Position numbers and translations under genes: made by a program. A DNA stretch of 64,000 nt, taken from positions 1 to 64,000 of the forward strand of contig JBPOGF010000009.1 in the NCBI GenBank assembly GCA_051251915.1, written 5' to 3'. This DNA comes from Akkermansiaceae bacterium (GTDB taxonomy: Bacteria > Verrucomicrobiota > Verrucomicrobiia > Verrucomicrobiales > Akkermansiaceae). The notes under the pieces were generated by a model that was not told the origin of the DNA, ran no database searches, and saw only the letters and a list, made by a program, of their open reading frames with translations. This document shows positions 57,888-64,000 of the stretch, in pieces (the stretch's first letter is position 1; every line of letters starts with the position of its first letter).

Positions 57888-58709
57888 ATGATCAATAAAC
57901 ACTTCATACTCAGTATTGCTACAACTTGTAGTTTAGCCATCTCATCCCACGCCGCTACCGCTCTAGCACCAGGAGACATCTCCATTGTTGGCTTCAGCAC
58001 TGATGGTTTCGATCAATTTGCTTTCGTCACCTGGGTTACTCTAGATGAAACCACAGATGTACAGTTTACCGATTATGGATGGAGCCCCAATGACAACAGC
58101 TTCACAATAGGATCACCAACCGATGACTCACTTACTTGGTCAACTGCTGGCAACTCTGTAGCAGCAGGAACATTAGTAGTGATTACTGCGGATGGCACTT
58201 CTAGCACAGTTGCCAATGGAGTAGGTGCTATTACTGCTGGCGGATTAGGTACATTCTCTTCTTCTGGAGAATCTCTTTTCGCCTACACTGGTCCCGAATC
58301 AAGCCCAAGCTTCATTTTTGGACTCTACACGCACCAACCCACTTGGGACATTGCTGCAAATGTAAACGCATCCGACGCCACCGACTCCAGCCTACCAGAC
58401 ACCCTAGGCATTGGCTCTAACTTCATACCTATTACATCCACGAGCCCTAACGACAACGTCTTATGGGATTCTGACAACGGAGGTGTCAGTTTTTCAAATC
58501 TAGCCGAAGCAAAAGCCCACTCATTAAACTCCAATAACTGGCTCATTGAAAATGACGACGACGGCACAGGCGCCTTCTCAGATAACCTACTAACTGATCT
58601 CAATGTAGCAGCAGGAGGATCATTCAGCACACAAGTACCTGAACCCTCTACCTCACTATCCACACTATTAGGATTAGGACTAATTTGTTTTTCACGTAGG
58701 AGAAAGTAA
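57888..58709 (+). CDS. PEP-CTERM surface protein
   Basis: Signal peptide (SHA|A); LAPGDISIVGF..D..D.FAFV...FTD.GW domain; VPEPST-TM-RRRK tail. Confidence 0.92.
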   Translation: MINKHFILSIATTCSLAISSHAATALAPGDISIVGFSTDGFDQFAFVTWVTLDETTDVQFTDYGWSPNDNSFTIGSPTDDSLTWSTAGNSVAAGTLVVITADGTSSTVANGVGAITAGGLGTFSSSGESLFAYTGPESSPSFIFGLYTHQPTWDIAANVNASDATDSSLPDTLGIGSNFIPITSTSPNDNVLWDSDNGGVSFSNLAEAKAHSLNSNNWLIENDDDGTGAFSDNLLTDLNVAAGGSFSTQVPEPSTSLSTLLGLGLICFSRRRK

Positions 58710-58777
58710 GCACATAAGCTAAACCTTCAATAACTAAGTATAGCCTTAGGTAGATAAGAGTGGTTTACCTCAAGGCT

Positions 58778-60610
58778 TCAGTCCTCTAATGCAAATCGCA
58801 TCTCAGCTAGTAATTCATTAGCCTTAGTGAAATCTACATCTTCAGGGAGCTTACATGTCTCATAAGACTTAGAAATATCAGCCATCTTATCCTCCGCCAT
58901 CGTGAGCAATTCCTCATACTGAAATTCGCCATTACGCACCTTCATCAAGAAATCAACATTAGGGCTACGCAGCTGAATCGTCCCTTCCTTAGCGATCATT
59001 TCCGCTATCTCAAGCAGACGCAAAGTATGCATCATATTCTTAGAATCATATCCCCTGCCATGCTCACTATTCACTAGATAACGGTTCTCATTTCTGTTCT
59101 TTACCCAGTTCCAGTATTCCTTATGTTGCTTGCAGTGCTTCTTAAAGCCATCAATATTACACACCATCCATCCCAGCGCCTCTTCCTCTTTCCGCACACT
59201 GCTACAAAGAATACTAGGCTCCCCAGACCGCGAGAATAATCCTCGGTAATGAGGACCACGGAACAACGAATACGTATTCGCCGCATGATTCACAGCAGTT
59301 GCCCCAAGCTCGGTTTCAACCAGCCCATGAATCTTCAGCCAGTCCCCCAGCTTCACAGCTCCCTGCCCCGCCATCACGTAGCAAAAATCACGCAACTCTA
59401 ACCGCTCCTCTGGCTCAGGATTTACTATCTTCTTATTCAAGCCCCGCGCCTTCCGCACCTGCGCCAACGCATAACCAGCAAAATTCATCTCGCACTTCTT
59501 AGTCAGAAACATCTGCGGGTCTATCTTATCCATCACAGGATGACGATACCGCACACAATCATCCGGTATAAACAACAACTCCAAAGCATTAGGATTACTC
59601 TTCATCAGCAGTTCCACAAACCTCCCCAACTCATAATAAACCTCATCCCCCTTCTCATCCTGCACCTGTTCTATACTCTCCGCCGCTGTCAGAAACGAAG
59701 TCGGAGCCGCAAACAACCCACGCAGATCCTCATCAGACTCCGGTGTATTTGTCCCATATGCCTGACTACCACCCACCGCCTCAAACAACAACAAATCCGG
59801 TCTCCTGATCCTATCCAAAGTAAACTCACTTTTCCGCATCAGAGGTAAGTTTTTCCCACTCTGCAAAGATCTCAATAGCAGATCATCCACAGCAGCATCT
59901 CGTCCCTTAACATCAGAAACATGCATCAGCGTATCGGGAAAATCTCTATTCACTTCCTTCTCCAGAAACTCATCCAGTGCAGAGATCCTAGGCATCTTCT
60001 CTTTCTCCCCACTCGCTGATTTATACACCAGCAACTCATCAACCACAGAGTGCAATGACTCAGGCAGATAATCTAACAACTCCGCAAACTCCACCGGCGC
60101 TGGTTCATTTCTATCCTCCACGTAAAGAACCGCCAGACTCGACCGCAGACAATACAAATAACTCTTCGCCCTTACCTCATCACCAGCAAGTGCACCCTTC
60201 CACATCTGCTTAGCCAACCCACGATAATGATCATACAGCCCTCTCCCAGCAAACACCTCACCATAAGTCGCCCTCCAGTCCGCTAGAAAACCATCCTTCT
60301 CACGATAAACAATCGGAGAATGCAGCCACTCCGAAAGCGCACCATTCGACTTCTTCAATAAACCAAGAGCCTTCCGCACATCCCACCCACCGGGATCAAG
60401 ATCATCCTTAATCGCTATCTCTATCGTCTCCTTGGGTGCCTGAACTTTCAAATACTCATGTTCAGTATATCGATAAATAAACCGAATATCATAATCACTA
60501 TCAGGCGAAGCAAAACCCCACGCCCTGCTCCCAGACTCACACGCATAAAGAACCTCTACCCCATACTCCACCTCGATCCTGTCGAGTAATTCATTAATTT
60601 CTTCCTTCAT
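58778..60610 (-). CDS. Fusion of two pol-beta superfamily (RlaP/YcgL-like) nucleotidyltransferase domains
   Basis: Domain 1 ESGSRAWGFASPDSDYDIRF; domain 2 GGSQAYGTNTPESDEDLRG...KSNPNALELL...YDSKNMMHTLRLL. Confidence 0.88.
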   Translation of the reverse strand: MKEEINELLDRIEVEYGVEVLYACESGSRAWGFASPDSDYDIRFIYRYTEHEYLKVQAPKETIEIAIKDDLDPGGWDVRKALGLLKKSNGALSEWLHSPIVYREKDGFLADWRATYGEVFAGRGLYDHYRGLAKQMWKGALAGDEVRAKSYLYCLRSSLAVLYVEDRNEPAPVEFAELLDYLPESLHSVVDELLVYKSASGEKEKMPRISALDEFLEKEVNRDFPDTLMHVSDVKGRDAAVDDLLLRSLQSGKNLPLMRKSEFTLDRIRRPDLLLFEAVGGSQAYGTNTPESDEDLRGLFAAPTSFLTAAESIEQVQDEKGDEVYYELGRFVELLMKSNPNALELLFIPDDCVRYRHPVMDKIDPQMFLTKKCEMNFAGYALAQVRKARGLNKKIVNPEPEERLELRDFCYVMAGQGAVKLGDWLKIHGLVETELGATAVNHAANTYSLFRGPHYRGLFSRSGEPSILCSSVRKEEEALGWMVCNIDGFKKHCKQHKEYWNWVKNRNENRYLVNSEHGRGYDSKNMMHTLRLLEIAEMIAKEGTIQLRSPNVDFLMKVRNGEFQYEELLTMAEDKMADISKSYETCKLPEDVDFTKANELLAEMRFALED

Positions 60611-60622
60611 TTTAATACAATA

Positions 60623-61099
60623 CTACCTATTTAACCTCACCTCTTTGAACACGCTCATATGCTCCCTTCTTATTTCCTCTCTAGTCATCTCACTATTCAC
60701 CCTCCTGCTGAGCTCCAACCCTAACAGAAGCACATGCCATGAATCCACCTCATATCCATACTTGTATTGGGCTAACTCCATATAAACATTCTTATTATAG
60801 CTCCCATCCTTTATGAATAAGAGCACAGATCTTAAGTCATACCTATACCCATAGTCGATACTGTATCTCACATCATTCCCATCTACCGGCACATCCACAA
60901 CCATCACCTCCCGCTTAGGATGTAACTTCACATAATCATCCGCAACACCTATATAATAAATCCTAATTACCCAATACAACGTCACAACAAACAGCAACAA
61001 CCAATAAATAAACCTCAACACCCACTTAAAAACAAATGGTGCATGTTCAGTAGCAACGTTAAACCATGTAACAGGAAAAGCTAAATAACGAATCTTCAC
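60623..61099 (-). CDS. Hypothetical membrane protein
   Basis: ORF with an N-terminal TM helix, 12 nt upstream of the nucleotidyltransferase. Confidence 0.55.
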   Translation of the reverse strand: MKIRYLAFPVTWFNVATEHAPFVFKWVLRFIYWLLLFVVTLYWVIRIYYIGVADDYVKLHPKREVMVVDVPVDGNDVRYSIDYGYRYDLRSVLLFIKDGSYNKNVYMELAQYKYGYEVDSWHVLLLGLELSRRVNSEMTREEIRREHMSVFKEVRLNR

Positions 61100-61198
61100 T
61101 ACATCATCATAGAAAACATGATCGTTAATTCAAGAGCTGATAGCAGTAGACCTACGTCTCCAAACCTCTAGAGCCTATTTTTCAGCATGCAAGAGGTA

Positions 61199-61579
61199 TC
61201 ATCGCTTAGACCGATACATCACAGATGAAAAAAGTCCGAGTCCTAGCGAAATGAAAATCACCCCAAAATACACCTGATCTATTTTCGTCATAGAATCCGC
61301 CTCACTCCCAGGCTCCGCAAACAATCCAGCCCATATACCTGCGATAATGAAAGCCACGCCTCCAAGCATGATGACTAGTCTATCTTTTACTCTATGTGAC
61401 ACAGGATGATATCCTCCCTTGTGATTCACCCATAGATAGGTCGCAACCATTAGAACTGCATGTACCAATAAGGCTGCTACTATTGACCTCGTTAGCCCTA
61501 GAACCGCGAAAGATAGAATCCCCATGAACCCATTCAAAAAGAATGCGCCACTCATTTTACCAAATATAGCCACCAGCAT
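61199..61579 (-). CDS. Hypothetical 4-TM membrane protein
   Basis: Four hydrophobic segments. Confidence 0.6.
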   Translation of the reverse strand: MLVAIFGKMSGAFFLNGFMGILSFAVLGLTRSIVAALLVHAVLMVATYLWVNHKGGYHPVSHRVKDRLVIMLGGVAFIIAGIWAGLFAEPGSEADSMTKIDQVYFGVIFISLGLGLFSSVMYRSKR

Positions 61580-61599
61580 AATTATGGGTTAAATCGATT

Positions 61600-61632
61600 A
61601 AAAAAAGCGCTACCGCTTTCACGGTAACGCTT
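61600..61632 (-). terminator. Intrinsic terminator after rplX
   Basis: Minus strand AAGCGTTACCG-loop-CGGTAGCGCTT followed by a T-run. Confidence 0.8.
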
Positions 61633-61656
61633 ATTTAGAACGATGTTAAAGGAGGA

Positions 61657-61878
61657 CTATGCCTTCTTTACGTTTGAGATGTGAATAGGACCATCGAGCT
61701 CTTCGATGCCACCTTCTTGGTTCTCTTGTGTTGGCTTAACTGCCTTTTTGATCTTGCGGACACCTTCGACGATGACTTGTTGTTTCGCTGCGTTTACAGA
61801 GAGAACAGTGCCAGATTTGCCTTTATGGCCTCCAGCGATCACTGTGACGTTGTCGCCTTTTTTAACGTGAGTCTTCAT
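61657..61878 (-). CDS. rplX: 50S ribosomal protein L24 (short form)
   Basis: KOW motif [26 protein letters not shown]. Confidence 0.96.
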   Translation of the reverse strand: MKTHVKKGDNVTVIAGGHKGKSGTVLSVNAAKQQVIVEGVRKIKKAVKPTQENQEGGIEELDGPIHISNVKKA

Positions 61879-61905
61879 GTTATTTAGTTGCTTTGAGTTA
61901 GTGGT

Positions 61906-62271
61906 TTAGAGCACCTCAGGAGCAAGGGATACGATCTTCATGAACTTCTTCTCGCGGAGTTCACGAGCTACAGGTCCGAAAATACGTGTACCTTTAGGGT
62001 TATTATCCTTGTCGATTACAACGATTGCGTTGCTGTCGAAACGAAGGATAGAACCGTCCTGGCGGCGGATAGGAGCAGCAGTTCTTACGACTACTGCTTT
62101 GATTACGGCGCCTTTCTTAATAGATGCAGTAGGGATAGCTTCACGCACGTGTGCTGTGATGATGTCTCCTACATTAGCTACCTTGGAACGAGTTCCGAGG
62201 ACACCGATCATTTTTGCTGAACGAGCACCGGTGTTGTCGGCAATCGATACGCTTGATTCCATTTGGATCAT
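61906..62271 (-). CDS. rplN: 50S ribosomal protein L14
   Basis: Contains MIQ...[19 protein letters not shown] and [10 protein letters not shown]. Confidence 0.98.
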   Translation of the reverse strand: MIQMESSVSIADNTGARSAKMIGVLGTRSKVANVGDIITAHVREAIPTASIKKGAVIKAVVVRTAAPIRRQDGSILRFDSNAIVVIDKDNNPKGTRIFGPVARELREKKFMKIVSLAPEVL

Positions 62272-62297
62272 GATATTAGTGAGTGTATATTGGTTGA

Positions 62298-62552
62298 TTA
62301 GTGAGTTAGGATCTCAGAGAGAACCCAGCATTTCTTCTTAGAAATTGGCTTAGTCTCAGTGATGCGGACTTTGTCGCCTACTGCTGCCTTACCTTCTTCA
62401 TCGTGTGCGTAGAACTTTTTAGTCTTCTTAACGATTTTCTTGAAGCGTGGGTGTGGAACGCGGGCTACGTATTCTACAACAATGGTCTTATCCATGGATG
62501 TGGAGACTACGTTACCTACCCGTGTCTTACGTAAATGTGTATTTTCGCTCAT
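62298..62552 (-). CDS. rpsQ: 30S ribosomal protein S17
   Basis: Contains [15 protein letters not shown] and [16 protein letters not shown]. Confidence 0.98.
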   Translation of the reverse strand: MSENTHLRKTRVGNVVSTSMDKTIVVEYVARVPHPRFKKIVKKTKKFYAHDEEGKAAVGDKVRITETKPISKKKCWVLSEILTH

Positions 62553-62575
62553 AGTATGTATGTTTTTCTATGTAA

Positions 62576-62779
62576 TTATTGAGCAGCTTTGTTGTTTAGC
62601 ACAGTAAACAATGTGTTTACTTGAGCTATTTCACGGCGGACTGCTTTGATACGGGCGGTATTCTCTAGCTGTCCAGTGGACGCTTGGAGACGGAGATTGA
62701 GACCTTCTTGCTTGAGGTCACGAAGTTTGTTAGAGAGTTCATCTGCTGAGAGCTCGCTAAGTTCTGTGAATTTTGCCAT
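62576..62779 (-). CDS. rpmC: 50S ribosomal protein L29
   Basis: Contains LRLQASTGQLENTARIKAVRREIA; position in the operon. Confidence 0.96.
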   Translation of the reverse strand: MAKFTELSELSADELSNKLRDLKQEGLNLRLQASTGQLENTARIKAVRREIAQVNTLFTVLNNKAAQ

Positions 62780-62816
62780 AATAGTAGTTTTTCTATTGTT
62801 TGGTTATAAGTTTAGC

Positions 62817-63239
62817 TTACTTCGCTAGCTTGTTACGCTCTACGAATCTTGTGCGGAATCCGAGCTTGTTTGATGCAAGACGGAGTGCTTCTTTTGCAGC
62901 TGATTCAGGAACACCTGCGACCTCAAAGATCATAGTTCCTGGCTTGATTACAGCTACCCAGCGGTCAACAGCACCTTTACCTTTACCCATACGAGTTTCT
63001 GGCGGGCGTCCTGTTACTGATTTGTGTGGGAATACACGGATCCAAACTTTTCCTTTACGTTTAAGGAAGCGGTTGATTGAGATACGGCATGCTTCGATCT
63101 GACGGTTACTCATCCATGAGCGACCGAGTGACTGGAGACCGAAATCTCCGAAGCTTACGTCTGTTCCACGTTGCGCATTTCCACCGCGATTTCCTCGCTG
63201 TGTCTTGCGGAACTTGGTGCGTTTTGGCATTAAAGGCAT
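62817..63239 (-). CDS. rplP: 50S ribosomal protein L16
   Basis: Contains [23 protein letters not shown] and RMGKGKG. Confidence 0.98.
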   Translation of the reverse strand: MPLMPKRTKFRKTQRGNRGGNAQRGTDVSFGDFGLQSLGRSWMSNRQIEACRISINRFLKRKGKVWIRVFPHKSVTGRPPETRMGKGKGAVDRWVAVIKPGTMIFEVAGVPESAAKEALRLASNKLGFRTRFVERNKLAK

Positions 63240-63282
63240 AGTATTATTTCTTTCTAAATGTTAGTGTTTAGTTTCTGAAGTA

Positions 63283-64000
63283 TTAGCCTTGGCGCTCTGG
63301 GCGTCCACCGCGTTCGTTACGTCCACCACCTCGGCGACCACCACGGTTGCCTCGGTTGTTTCCGCCACCTGCTCCTGGCTTCTCTTCTTTCTTGTTGATC
63401 CAAACTTTGACACCAATGATGCCATAAGTTGTTGCTGCTTCTGCGAATCCGTAGTCGATCGGCACACGTAGAGTCTGTAGAGGCACTTTGCCTTCACGAT
63501 ACCACTCTGCACGGGCGATGTCTGCACCACCGAGGCGTCCTGAACAACGAACACGGATGCCATCAGCACCGAATTCCATTGTTGTCTGGAGAGCTCTCTT
63601 CATAGCGCGGCGGAATGCAATACGACGCTCAAGCTGAACGGCGATGTTTTCTGCTACGAGCTGAGCATCAAGCTCAGGTTTGCGGATTTCGAGGATGTCG
63701 ATTTTAACTGAACATCCACCACAGATCTTGGAGATGTCATTTGTCATTTTCTCGATCTCTGAACCTTTACGGCCGATAACGAGTCCTGGACGTGATGTGT
63801 GGAGTGTTACTCTTACGCTGTTCCATGCACGCTCGATTGTGACGCGTGATAGTGCTGCGAACTGAAGACGACCTTTGATATACTTACGAATCTTAAGATC
63901 TTCGTGGAGTTTGTCTGCGTAGTCGTTTCCTGTGGCGTACCACTTAGAGCGCCAGTCCTTGCTTAGTGCGAGGCGGAATCCGATTGGATTTACTTTTTGT
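63283..64000 (-). CDS. rpsC: 30S ribosomal protein S3 (5' end just outside the window)
   Basis: The frame begins [10 protein letters not shown] at the window edge; [21 protein letters not shown] and GKVPLQTLR; Gly/Arg-rich tail. Confidence 0.98.
   Translation of the reverse strand, partial: QKVNPIGFRLALSKDWRSKWYATGNDYADKLHEDLKIRKYIKGRLQFAALSRVTIERAWNSVRVTLHTSRPGLVIGRKGSEIEKMTNDISKICGGCSVKIDILEIRKPELDAQLVAENIAVQLERRIAFRRAMKRALQTTMEFGADGIRVRCSGRLGGADIARAEWYREGKVPLQTLRVPIDYGFAEAATTYGIIGVKVWINKKEEKPGAGGGNNRGNRGGRRGGGRNERGGRPERQG

Noticed and set aside
63261..63569. 102-aa alternative-frame ORF and the 154-aa rpsC call in the ORF track
   Set aside because: The real rpsC frame runs to the window edge (QKVNPIGFR); the other ORF is a shadow frame.

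Overview
A chromosomal window from a bacterium that is probably a marine Verrucomicrobiota member (Rubritalea/Akkermansiaceae-like). This placement is inferred from PEP-CTERM proteins, sulfatases, a GntR/LacI hybrid regulator and starts without Shine-Dalgarno sites. Housekeeping genes: fur-family regulator, xerC, trmL, lpxB, yajC, tgt, rsgA, nuoA, ppc, a dinB-like polymerase, and ribosomal genes rpsC-rplP-rpmC-rpsQ-rplN-rplX. Accessory modules: (1) an ECF sigma / small protein / MscS-like / OmpA-domain operon resembling the Pseudomonas sigX-crfX-cmpX-oprF locus; (2) an EPS export cluster with an outer-membrane beta-barrel, Wzc and two short OPX proteins; (3) a sugar porter with two SGNH acetylesterases; (4) two sulfatases flanking REP-like palindromes; (5) a heavy-metal RND efflux operon with a Cys/His-rich leader ORF; (6) a ~7 kb surface-protein island at 52.1-58.7 kb; (7) a fused double pol-beta (RlaP-like) nucleotidyltransferase. 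The island is the best candidate for an undescribed system. It holds a thioester-motif PEP-CTERM protein, an IS630 relic interrupted by a MITE, a DUF6916-like gene, three phage-tail-collar paralogues with no phage context, a GNAT, a Tat-signal protein with a degenerate CCA/poly(A)-polymerase-like fold, and a second PEP-CTERM protein. Much of the window shows extreme, patchy C/A-over-G/T strand skew. No rRNA, tRNA or CRISPR array was seen. All family calls come from motif recognition by eye, not from database searches.
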